Source: a virus
Lineage: Duplodnaviria; Caudoviricetes
Strand: one strand, 5' to 3'
DNA length: 42,560 nucleotides
IMG/VR virus record: IMGVR_UViG_3300032104_000069
Span: 1-42,560 of that record
A program made the position numbers and the translations under genes. The notes beneath the pieces were generated by a model. It saw only the letters and a list, made by a program, of their open reading frames with translations. It was not told the origin of the DNA and did no database searches. Shown here piece after piece: positions 27,865 to 36,341 of this stretch (the first letter of the stretch is position 1; every line of letters starts with the position of its first letter).

Positions 27865-28289
27865 ATGAGATGCCGCCACGTACCGCTGCTGCTTTTCGCG
27901 CTGTTCTTCGCGCCGAGTCTCGCGTGGGCCGGCGCCCAGGTGTGCACGGTCGCGGTGGCAATGAAGCCAATATGACCGCGCTGTGCAACACGTTTCAAGC
28001 CAATTTTCGGATTGCCGATTCCGACTGGAGCCTCGACAAGTGCAGCACGGAATTCATGGAACGCGGCGCCGTGGTGTACGCGGCCTCGGTCGCGCGCAGC
28101 GGCGCGGTGCTGCTCAAAGACTCGACGGTGCGGTCTGTGATCGACGATTGGAATAGCAAGCAGGTGAAAACCTGGACCCGGACCGCGTGCGGCGACGGCG
28201 TCGTGCAGTCGGAATACGGGGAAACCTGCGACGACGGCGGCCTGCGACCTGGCGATGGCTGCGACGCCGACTGCCAATCTGAGATTTAG
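27865..28289 (+). CDS. Secreted protein with a C-terminal Myxococcus Cys-rich repeat; frameshifted near 27950
   Basis: ATG at 27865 (GAGG RBS) gives MRCRHVPLLLFALFFAPSLAWA|GAQVCTV, then a stop at 27975. The -1 frame continues to CGDGVVQSEYGETCDDGGLRPGDGCDADCQSE. Confidence 0.7.
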
Positions 28290-28298
28290 GGGGCCGCA

Positions 28299-28670
28299 AT
28301 GAAACCTCAGCACCGGATTGTGCCCGCGACCGAGACCGACGAGCAGCACGTCGAGCTCGGCCGGCTGCTCCAGGGCCTCGTCCTCGCGGGCGCGGTGGGC
28401 GCGTTGGGCGCGATTATCGGCGTGCCTCTGCTCGCGCTTCGTGTGTCAAACGCCGAGGGTGACGTTGGCGTGGTCGAAGAGAAAATCGCGCGCACCGAGC
28501 GCAATCTCGCGGAGCTCGACGTCAATCAGCGCATATTGCGCCAAGAGTCGACTTGGAATGGCACCAAGCTCGACAAGCTACTCGACGCGGCCAAGGTCGA
28601 CCGCGTGCCCCGGCCGCCGCTGCCGAAGTCGTCACTCGAGCCGCCGCCCGCACTGAGCGCCCCGGATTGA
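28299..28670 (+). CDS. Holin-like membrane protein
   Basis: One TM segment (GLVLAGAVGALGAIIGVPLLAL) followed by a coiled coil, directly before the endolysin. Confidence 0.5.
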   Translation: MKPQHRIVPATETDEQHVELGRLLQGLVLAGAVGALGAIIGVPLLALRVSNAEGDVGVVEEKIARTERNLAELDVNQRILRQESTWNGTKLDKLLDAAKVDRVPRPPLPKSSLEPPPALSAPD

Positions 28671-29179
28671 GAGCCGACGCGCAGGCCTGCGCACTCGACG
28701 CACTGATAACCCTCGAGGGCGATTACCTCGAGGCGCTGCGCGGCTGGGCGGTCACCGAACGCGGCCCGCTGGGCCGCAAGCAAAGCCTGTTTGCCGCGCT
28801 GCAGCCGCTCGTGATCCTCCATGCGAGAGCCCACCTCAACCGCGAGCTGCGGCTGTTTGAGTTTCAACGCTCGGAAGTTGTCGCGAGATGGAACGCCGAG
28901 CATTGCCGGCGCTGCAAAAACGTCAAAGGCCACGCGGTACACCGCCAGGCGACCCGCGGCCGGCACGGCTTCAAGCCCATCGGCATCGTTCGAAGCCTGC
29001 ACCGCATACGCCTGGCCGGTGATTACGGACTCTTCACGCTGGCCGGCGCGTACCTCACGCGCAGCAGCGAGTACGCCGAGCTCGGCCAATACTGGGAGTG
29101 GCTGCACCCGCTCGCCTATTGGGGCGGGCGGTTCGGCGACGGGAACCACCTGTCGACGAGACATCAAGGTCGAAAATAG
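28667..29179 (+). CDS. Endolysin, M15-family peptidase
   Basis: QRS...SLHRIRLAGD...Y..LG.YWE.L..WGGRFGDGNH motifs. TTG start is coupled to the upstream stop. Confidence 0.85.
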   Translation: MRADAQACALDALITLEGDYLEALRGWAVTERGPLGRKQSLFAALQPLVILHARAHLNRELRLFEFQRSEVVARWNAEHCRRCKNVKGHAVHRQATRGRHGFKPIGIVRSLHRIRLAGDYGLFTLAGAYLTRSSEYAELGQYWEWLHPLAYWGGRFGDGNHLSTRHQGRK

Positions 29180-29334
29180 CGCCCGTGTAGAAATGGCTTT
29201 CGAGGATCCTCCAGGATCAACGATCGCCGTCTAGTAGGTACTAGGGCTACCCCTCAAAACACGCTCTGCTTCGTTTTCAAGATTGATCTAAGCATCTTTC
29301 AATCCAGCATCAAGTCCGCAAGTAAGGGGACACA

Positions 29335-29742
29335 ATGCGACGCTCAGCAGTGATTGTTTCGATTATCGCAGGTGCAGTAGCCGTAGCCGCGTACATGTGG
29401 CGCTACGAAATTTTGGTCATCCTGGGAACCGCCTTCCTATTATTGGCCTCTGTTTGCTGCGCCACCACAAAGACGTTCTGCTCTCTTGAAATCGGGGACG
29501 TGAAATACCGCGGGATCGTGCGCACCACTGTGATCGGCAAGGGCAAGACAGACATCGCCGCGACCGGGAACGCCTGCGGCGGGTTCACTGCCAACACACG
29601 GGGCACCGGGCTTTCTGAGGAAGCCGTCAGGGCATTCAGGGAGATCGCGGACGTGGTGTCGCAGAACCTCCGGCCAGGTGGGCAACTCGAAGGCGGACTC
29701 GCTGAACGCCTCGCTAAACGCCTCAGGGCCGACGACGAGTAG
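29335..29742 (+). CDS. Membrane protein or possible lipoprotein of the lysis region
   Basis: Two N-terminal hydrophobic segments, the second ending in LLLASVCC. Confidence 0.6.
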   Translation: MRRSAVIVSIIAGAVAVAAYMWRYEILVILGTAFLLLASVCCATTKTFCSLEIGDVKYRGIVRTTVIGKGKTDIAATGNACGGFTANTRGTGLSEEAVRAFREIADVVSQNLRPGGQLEGGLAERLAKRLRADDE

Positions 29743-29751
29743 GGCGTCGCC

Positions 29752-30687
29752 ATGTTCTGCATCGCTTCGACCGACGGCGGGGGAACGCGGGGCCTGGTCG
29801 CCGCCCAGGTCTGGGCCGACATCGAGCGGAGCGCGCAGCGATCGCTGGACTCCTCGGTCAATCTTTTCGCAGGCACCTCAGTCGGCGCGATCGTCGCCTG
29901 TGCGCTCGCGTCGGGGATGAAACCCAAAGAGGTCTGCGGTGCTTTGATGCGGTTTGCGCCGCGCGTTTTCGGTGGGAGTTTTGGAAAGTGGGTGAAGCTG
30001 CGCGTTCGCCACGGGATCTCGGCCCCCAAACATGACGAGCGCGACTTGAGCCGGGCACTCTGGGAGGTTTTTGGAGACCAGCTCTTTGGAGACCTCACGA
30101 ACCCCTGCCTCGTGCCAGCCTACGATGTCTCGGTCGCAAAGCTGCGCGTCTACGTCTCAACCCAAGAGCCGGAGGCCTCGGTTCCAATCTGGGAGATCGT
30201 CAAGGCCTCCAGCTCTGCTCCAACGTTTTTCGGTGCGCACCAGCTCATTTACCCGGACCGCCGCGACGAGGTCCTGGTCGACGGAGGTCTCGGCGCGAAC
30301 AACCCGACCGCGCTCGCGGTGATGTACCTGATCAAGCAGGGCATCCCGGCCCAGGAGATCTCGGCGATCTCGGTCGGGACGGGTGACGTGATCCCCTCGA
30401 TCTCTTCAGACGATGCCGACGAATGGGGAGCGATCGAGTGGGTCTCGGAGATCTTCAGCGCCTACGGAGTGGCCACCACTTCGGCGATGCACCAGATCGC
30501 GACAGGCCTGCTGCCGGAGGGTCACTTGGTCCGCCTACAACCCAGGATCGAACGGGACCAGATGAAGCTCGACGCCTATAAGCTGAAGGATCTCCTGGGT
30601 CTGATCGACGTAGCCAAGCGATCCACCGGGCTTGGTGGCCACCTCGAGCTCCCGTTACGCGCGGCCGGGATCCTGCTGAGCCGCTGA
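29752..30687 (+). CDS. Patatin-like phospholipase
   Basis: DGGGTRG oxyanion loop, GTSVG nucleophile, ASSSAPTFF, DGG..ANNP and SVGTG motifs. Confidence 0.93.
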   Translation: MFCIASTDGGGTRGLVAAQVWADIERSAQRSLDSSVNLFAGTSVGAIVACALASGMKPKEVCGALMRFAPRVFGGSFGKWVKLRVRHGISAPKHDERDLSRALWEVFGDQLFGDLTNPCLVPAYDVSVAKLRVYVSTQEPEASVPIWEIVKASSSAPTFFGAHQLIYPDRRDEVLVDGGLGANNPTALAVMYLIKQGIPAQEISAISVGTGDVIPSISSDDADEWGAIEWVSEIFSAYGVATTSAMHQIATGLLPEGHLVRLQPRIERDQMKLDAYKLKDLLGLIDVAKRSTGLGGHLELPLRAAGILLSR

Positions 30688-30794
30688 CCTCCACATCGAC
30701 CCGATCGCCCGCCTGGCGAGCGTCCTGCGCGCCTCGCTCCACGCCCTGCTCGAGCCCGCGCCTGGGCGCTCCCCATGCACCCTGAATGACCACC

Positions 30795-31256
30795 CTACCG
30801 CGTAGTGGAATTCCGCCCTGCTGAAACGCCGCAGCGAAAACAGATATCCTCGCCGGCGATGAACCGGCCCCACCAGGGCTGCACCGAATCGACGATCTTT
30901 TCGCGAACCGAGTCGGTGAGTCGCTGGCGGGAAAATCGCCTTCTCAGATAGCCCTCGATTTGCTTCTGGAGGTCCTGCTGACGGAATTGATCGCCGCATT
31001 CGTCGCAGCGAATCGGGTTCATCAAGGGCACGACGCGCAGGTTGAGAGTGAGATCGACGCTCGCGTCGACCACCTGGGTGCCGCCGGTATGCTCGAGCGT
31101 GATGTCGAGCGCGTCGTGCAACGCCGCCGGGTCGAAGTCGATGTGGAAGTGGCCGTCGATCCGGTGCTCCACGCCGTCCACAATGAAAAACGACACGCCA
31201 CGGTAAGACACCGGGCGCAGCACCTTGCGCGGGGATTCGTCGGCCTTGCCGGTCAA
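30795..31256 (-). CDS. Hypothetical Zn-binding protein, paralog A
   Basis: IRCDECG...PWWGRFIAGEDICFRCGVS. Confidence 0.65.
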   Translation of the reverse strand: MTGKADESPRKVLRPVSYRGVSFFIVDGVEHRIDGHFHIDFDPAALHDALDITLEHTGGTQVVDASVDLTLNLRVVPLMNPIRCDECGDQFRQQDLQKQIEGYLRRRFSRQRLTDSVREKIVDSVQPWWGRFIAGEDICFRCGVSAGRNSTTR

Positions 31257-31696
31257 CCGGGGTGAAGCCCGGGATGCGAGGTGGTCACGGAGCGGTCACC
31301 AATCGAAACGCCGCAGCCAAAACAGAGAGACTCGCCGGCTGCAAACCGATCCCACCACGGCGAAATTGCCTCAACGAGTTCGACGCGCACCGCGTGCGTA
31401 AGTTCACGGCGGAAAAAGTGCTCCTCGAGGTATCCCTTGATTTGGCTCTCGAGCTGCTCCGGTCCGAATTCGAGCCCGCATTCAATGCAGCGGATCGAGT
31501 GGTCAGCAATCTTAACAGGCAGAGTGATTATAAAGGCTACGTCGGCGTCGACCTCGAGCGCGCCGTGCGAGTGCGCGACGGCAATCTGAAGCGCCAGGCT
31601 GTAGCAGCGGCCAACGGCAATCCCATCGCCGGCGACGTTGACGCGGAGCGTCTTGCCGTCCGAGGTCTTACCGATCGTGGGATTCATGATCTTCAC
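31253..31696 (-). CDS. Hypothetical Zn-binding protein, paralog B
   Basis: IRCIECG...PWWDRFAAGESLCFGCGVS. Confidence 0.65.
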   Translation of the reverse strand: MKIMNPTIGKTSDGKTLRVNVAGDGIAVGRCYSLALQIAVAHSHGALEVDADVAFIITLPVKIADHSIRCIECGLEFGPEQLESQIKGYLEEHFFRRELTHAVRVELVEAISPWWDRFAAGESLCFGCGVSIGDRSVTTSHPGLHPG

Positions 31697-31705
31697 TGGC
31701 GGCGC

Positions 31706-32932
31706 CTATCCTTTCACGCAGATGTGTGCTCGGAGCGTGTGCTTGATCCGGACGAGATCCTTCTGGGCGGCCATCACGTCATCGATTGCCTTGTAGGCCC
31801 CGGGCGTTTCGTCGATGACCCCTTCGTCTTTTCGGCATTCGACACCCTGGGTGGCCTTGATGTGGTCCTCTACGGTGAAGGTCTTCTTGGCCTGCGTCCG
31901 CGACATTCGCCGTCCCGCACCGTGAGCGCATGAGTGGAAGCTGTCCCGATTGCCCAGGCCCTCTACGATGTAGCTTGGCGCGCCCATCGAGCCCGGGATG
32001 ATGCCGAGATCTCCGACGCGAGCACGCAGGGCGCCCTTGCGCGTCACGAAAATGTTCTTGCCGAAGTGGTTTTCCTTCGCGACGTAGTTGTGGTGGCAGT
32101 TCACCGCCATCCCCTCGTCGTCCTGCCATCGAGTCCGTTGCTCAGGAAGGATTCCGAACAGCGCATTTAGCGTCAGCGAGAGCAAGATCTCACGATTGAC
32201 CCTCGCGTAGTCTTGCGCCCAATTAAGCGCTTCCACGTAATCGTCGTGGACCTCGGTTCCCTCTGGCAAGAAAGAGAGATCCGCATCGGGAAGCGGAACG
32301 TGCCACCGCTCGCACTCCTTCTTCGCGAGGTTGATGAAGTGCGTTCCGATGCGGTTTCCAATACCGCGAGATCCTGAATGCAGCATGATCCAGACGCGAT
32401 CTGCTTCGTCGCTACAGATTTCGATGAAGTGGTTGCCTGTGCCGAGCGTTCCCAGGTGGCGGATTGGATCGCCCCACTTTCCAATCCGCGGGTGCTTGGA
32501 GATGATCCGATCGAACCCATCGCGCATCAGCGACCACAGCGGAGCCACGAAGCCCGGAGGGTCTGCCCATGATCCCCGGTCATCCTTGCCCCCCTGTTTG
32601 GTTCGGCCGTGTGGCACGGCCTTTTCGATCGCGGCTCGGATCGCTTTGCGGAATTCATAAACCGAGTCAAGCCTGGCACCCGGCAAATGTCGCGCGATCA
32701 TTCCACAACCGATATCCACGCCGACGGCGGCCGGGACGATCGCGCCGACCGTCGGAACAACGCTCCCAATCGTCGCACCCATCCCCCAATGACAGTCCGG
32801 CATCACGACCAGGTGTTTGAAGAGGAACGGTAGCGAAGCCGTGTTCCGCAACTGCTGCTCGGCTTGGTTCTCTAGCTCAACCCCGTCTACCCATGCCTTG
32901 ATCGGAAATCGTTCGCCGGTGAGTACCCTCAT
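31706..32932 (-). CDS. rtcB: RtcB RNA 2',3'-cyclic phosphate/5'-OH ligase
   Basis: MPDCH, VGVDIGCGM, GTLGTGNHFIE, HSGSRG, HHNY, RKGA, IPGSMG, HGAGR and DETPGAYK motifs. Confidence 0.97.
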   Translation of the reverse strand: MRVLTGERFPIKAWVDGVELENQAEQQLRNTASLPFLFKHLVVMPDCHWGMGATIGSVVPTVGAIVPAAVGVDIGCGMIARHLPGARLDSVYEFRKAIRAAIEKAVPHGRTKQGGKDDRGSWADPPGFVAPLWSLMRDGFDRIISKHPRIGKWGDPIRHLGTLGTGNHFIEICSDEADRVWIMLHSGSRGIGNRIGTHFINLAKKECERWHVPLPDADLSFLPEGTEVHDDYVEALNWAQDYARVNREILLSLTLNALFGILPEQRTRWQDDEGMAVNCHHNYVAKENHFGKNIFVTRKGALRARVGDLGIIPGSMGAPSYIVEGLGNRDSFHSCAHGAGRRMSRTQAKKTFTVEDHIKATQGVECRKDEGVIDETPGAYKAIDDVMAAQKDLVRIKHTLRAHICVKG

Positions 32933-33215
32933 CCGCGCCTCCTTCTGTCGGCCGCTTCCCGGCCTGACGTTTCAGCATCTTTTCGCGCTGGCGCTGTATC
33001 TCACGAGCTGCAGTATCTTCTTCTTCTGCGAAAGTGGCGAATCCCCGCACCGTTCTCTCGTAAGCACTGAGCAGCTTGAGGGTGATCTCGCGCTTTTCGA
33101 TTCTAACGACCTCCAGGTCCTCACCTTTGATCTTGATGACTTCGCCGACTTCGATGCGCTGCATCCAGGCCTCGGCCCGTTCTTCACCTACGAACTCTGC
33201 AGAGTTGGTGTCCAT
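32877..33215 (-). CDS. Hypothetical protein
   Basis: GGAGGTGA RBS; charged 112-aa ORF overlapping the rtcB start. Confidence 0.6.
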   Translation of the reverse strand: MDTNSAEFVGEERAEAWMQRIEVGEVIKIKGEDLEVVRIEKREITLKLLSAYERTVRGFATFAEEEDTAAREIQRQREKMLKRQAGKRPTEGGADEGTHRRTISDQGMGRRG

Positions 33216-33378
33216 CTCTCACCTCCTGCCCAACGGGCGTAGGTTGTTAGGCATCGCTCAGGCTCTCCGCATCCGGCGAAACACCAGACGCTCCACTTTC
33301 AACTCCGAACAGCCCAGCGACCTATAGTGCTTGCGCCACCTCCTCCATTCTGCTGAACGGTTTACGTGTGTGTGCTGG

Positions 33379-33579
33379 TTAGTCGGCATCGGGGGCGGGG
33401 ACGGTGTTTTCAAGCATCTCTCGACAACTCCGTAGAAGTGTTTCCTCGTTTACCGCGAAGAGAACTGCGTGAATGTTTCCATCGTCATCATCGGGGCAGT
33501 ACAGACGAACCTGACCCCAAAAACGGCTACCAGACCAAAGAAAAATGTTCATGAGTAGATTCTCGATGAACTTAGACAT
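33379..33579 (-). CDS. Hypothetical protein
   Basis: 66-aa ORF within the leftward operon. Confidence 0.45.
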   Translation of the reverse strand: MSKFIENLLMNIFLWSGSRFWGQVRLYCPDDDDGNIHAVLFAVNEETLLRSCREMLENTVPAPDAD

Positions 33580-33624
33580 CGGGGCAGTGCTTATTCAGGT
33601 TGACCTCGATCGTCACGCTCATCT

Positions 33625-33972
33625 CTAGGTCATTCTCCTGCCCAGTTCGCGATCGCTCGCTTGTCGCCTTAGCTCGGCACGCATCGCTTGATACGCCACC
33701 TTTGCATCCTCACGCAAAAGCTCGAAGGTCATTTCACCGATCCACCAGAAATCGGTGGGATTGCCGCGGAGCTCCAAAACGTCGGTTGCATGATCCTCCA
33801 TTTTCGTTCGGACGCAGAGCCGATGCATGTTGACATCTTCGCCACGGGGTTGCGGGCCTGGCAATCGGCCGCCGCAGGCCTGCTGCTGGACCGAGCTTAG
33901 CGGCGTGCACGTTGCGTGAGGGCACCATTTCGGACGACGGCCAATCCGGGTGATCCGACCGGGCTCAGCCAT
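33625..33972 (-). CDS. Hypothetical Cys/His-containing protein
   Basis: ATG at 33972 overlaps the upstream gene end. Pattern WCPH..C...C...H.LC. Confidence 0.5.
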   Translation of the reverse strand: MAEPGRITRIGRRPKWCPHATCTPLSSVQQQACGGRLPGPQPRGEDVNMHRLCVRTKMEDHATDVLELRGNPTDFWWIGEMTFELLREDAKVAYQAMRAELRRQASDRELGRRMT

Positions 33973-34261
33973 CGCTCGCTTCGCCTGCGGCGGCAGTGAC
34001 CGGAACCACGAGCTTGTCGTCTTCCTCTCGCCTGAAACGCCCGTACAGGTAATCGAGCAGCTCTTCGTTGGCCGGCCCATCTCGACGATCGCCGAACCAA
34101 TCTTCACAGGCCCGGAAGATATCTCCGCGAAGATCAGGGCCGTGGCGCTCCTCGGCTTCGGCCGTCAGCCGCAAAATCTCATCGCAAACTTCGATCAGAA
34201 GAGCGCCCAAGAGGTTGCCGTTGGGGTCACGCCAGGGCCGGATCCGATCCCGCTCGCTCAT
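33965..34261 (-). CDS. Hypothetical protein
   Basis: 98-aa acidic ORF with overlapping neighbours. Confidence 0.5.
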   Translation of the reverse strand: MSERDRIRPWRDPNGNLLGALLIEVCDEILRLTAEAEERHGPDLRGDIFRACEDWFGDRRDGPANEELLDYLYGRFRREEDDKLVVPVTAAAGEASDG

Positions 34262-34544
34262 GGTTGGGGCTGCCCGCGGTCGCCGCGTACACGCAGTGCT
34301 CGATCGATCCTGTCTTGGTCCCTACGGCGGACACGGTACGGGTCCGGTGTGCGGGGGAATGGAAGGTGCAAACGCTCCCTTCCCCGCGATGCCGGGCCCG
34401 CACCGCGCCGATTCTCGTGTTCGAGGACGTCCTGACGCCGCCTACCGTTAAACGCAGAAACGGTAGACCGTGGCCTCGCGGGGGAATGTCGGGGGTGTTT
34501 GCTACGCCTTTTTCGGGTACGTAGCACCCGAATTTCACCCCACA

Positions 34545-34795
34545 GTGGCCCACGCTGGCCCAGATCTACCGGCGCCAGCGAACTTTTCAAACCGCGATAA
34601 CCATTTGAATTGTATCTGGAATCATCGGATTCGGGCGTCAGTGTGACGGACTGAGATTGCGCATCGAATCGCGTCTGGGTCACCACAGAATTCCACTGGG
34701 TTCTCGCGCAGTTTCGTGTTCAATTTCTGACTCCATTTCGTGTGTCTCGAAAGGTCCGGCGCCGGTCCAGCGCCGGTCAGCGCCGGCGCCAGAAT
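34545..34795. repeat. Candidate integrase arm-type repeats flanking attP
   Basis: Left of the core: TGGCCCA twice and CCGGCGCCAG. Right of the core: tandem GCGCCGG(T) units and CCGGCGCCAG. Confidence 0.5.
34664..34685 (+). other. attP core: 3' end of a tRNA (T-loop to CCA)
   Basis: TCGAATCGCGTCTGGGTCACCA equals a T-loop, 3' T-stem, 3' acceptor stem and ACCA, with no 5' half present. It lies about 490 bp downstream of the integrase and is flanked by short repeats. Confidence 0.72.
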
Positions 34796-35105
34796 CAGGG
34801 CCCACCAAGTACCGAATTGTCTTGACCAATCTCTTTTCGAATCGTCTCCTCTCCGACCCAAGGAGCGCATCGGAATGTGGCGGAATCGCCATAAAAAGCG
34901 CCTTCGGTAACGGCTTCTTCAGGTACTCGATCACTCGCTCAATTCCTGCGACGTTATCGCCTAGCGCACCGATCCCGCTATTGCACCGCGAGCAGATGAC
35001 GCCACGTATCTCACCTGTTTTGTGATCGTGATCTAGGACAAGCCTGTTTGACATGGGCCTTTTTCCACAGCACTGACAGCGATATTGTGTCGCAAGCTGT
35101 AGCAT
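34680..35105 (-). CDS. Endonuclease VII-family (His-Me finger) nuclease
   Basis: CQCCG..LVLDHDHKTGEIRGVICSRCNSGIG..GDN. Confidence 0.9.
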   Translation of the reverse strand: MLQLATQYRCQCCGKRPMSNRLVLDHDHKTGEIRGVICSRCNSGIGALGDNVAGIERVIEYLKKPLPKALFMAIPPHSDALLGSERRRFEKRLVKTIRYLVGPDSGAGADRRWTGAGPFETHEMESEIEHETAREPSGILW

Positions 35106-35173
35106 TAAACTGAAGCGTCTCCTTCTCCGGGGACCATAGTCATTTCATCTCGGGTTCAAATTTTTGTCCGCCA

Positions 35174-36319
35174 CTAGTCAACCGCCCGAGTTGTTCGTAT
35201 CGTAATGAGCTTTCCGCGACCCGGCGCTGCAAGCGCCGGAAGATACGAGAGGTCGGTTTCATCATCCGGCAGCGCGTGGGCGTAGGTATCGAACGTCAGA
35301 CTCGCGTTGCGGTGACCGAGCTGCTGGGACACCCAGTTGACCGAGCGGCCCGCCTCGAGGCTCAGGGTGGCGAAGGTATGGCGGAGCGAGTGCATGGTGA
35401 GCGTGCGGATATTCCGCTCGGCGAGGCGCTCCCGGATTCGGCACCAGGCCTCGTATACCGTCGACCCGTCAATCGCCGTCCCTTTCCGGGTCGCAAACAC
35501 CCAGCCCCCAGAGCGCCGGTAGCGGAAGGTCTGCAACCCACGTAGCGCGTCCTCCATCGCCGGGGTGATGACGACCGTGCGGGGCTTGTCGCGTCGCCTA
35601 CGGTGCTTCGGGAGTACCGTGCGTGAGTTGACACGAGCCCGGCGGATCGCAATCCGCTTGCGCCGGAAATCCACGTCGGACCACTGCATCCCGAGGACCT
35701 CGCCGCGTCGGCAGCCGGTGTGGAGCAACGTGAGGACCAGCGGGTACCAGCGCGGCTCTTTCGCGTGGACGACGTCGAGCAGCTCGGAGGCCTCGCCGTG
35801 TGTCCACGAATCAATGGAGCGGATCTCGTGGGTGCGGGAGTCCTCGGCCCGCTCGAAGACCTCGGCGGTTTCCAGTTCTAGCCTCGGTATGTCGGGGTAC
35901 CTGCGGCGCAGACGGCGCAGCGCTTTGTTGAGCACGTTCACGCAGCCGCGCACGAACGACGGCGAGAGCGTTTTCAGCTTCTTTTCGATGAAGGCGGTGA
36001 CGTGATGCTCCGCCAGATCGCGGGCGTCGAGGGCGCCGAGCTCGGGTCTGAGGTGGTTATTGATCTGGCCGCGTTGGAGAAGCTGCGTGCTGTGTTTGAG
36101 CGTCTTCACATAACCGTCCCGGTAGTGCTCGAGCGCGCGATCCAGCGGCAGCCGATCGGGCAGGCCGGAGCGTTGTCGCAACTGCTGCGCCGCAATCTCT
36201 TTTGCGAGCCTGCGCGCCTTGTCCCAATCGCCGACCTTGCGCTGTGTCCGTTTATTCCCGGCGTAGATAATGACCCAGGCCTCACCGTCGCCCTTCAGAT
36301 CTCGTACCTTGACGCTCAT
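35174..36319 (-). CDS. int: Tyrosine integrase
   Basis: TGCRRGE, HSLRHTFAT and LGH...T..TY motifs. ATG at 36319 has a GGGGAG RBS. Confidence 0.96.
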   Translation of the reverse strand: MSVKVRDLKGDGEAWVIIYAGNKRTQRKVGDWDKARRLAKEIAAQQLRQRSGLPDRLPLDRALEHYRDGYVKTLKHSTQLLQRGQINNHLRPELGALDARDLAEHHVTAFIEKKLKTLSPSFVRGCVNVLNKALRRLRRRYPDIPRLELETAEVFERAEDSRTHEIRSIDSWTHGEASELLDVVHAKEPRWYPLVLTLLHTGCRRGEVLGMQWSDVDFRRKRIAIRRARVNSRTVLPKHRRRRDKPRTVVITPAMEDALRGLQTFRYRRSGGWVFATRKGTAIDGSTVYEAWCRIRERLAERNIRTLTMHSLRHTFATLSLEAGRSVNWVSQQLGHRNASLTFDTYAHALPDDETDLSYLPALAAPGRGKLITIRTTRAVD

Positions 36320-36341
36320 GCCGATTCTCCCCGCGGACACT

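Noticed and set aside
34227-34553. Protein-coding gene left of attP
   Set aside because: Several overlapping frames are open, but none has a recognisable motif or clear RBS, so no call was made.
34610-34685. Complete tRNA gene
   Set aside because: Only the T-loop-to-CCA part is present. There is no matching 5' acceptor strand, D arm or anticodon arm.
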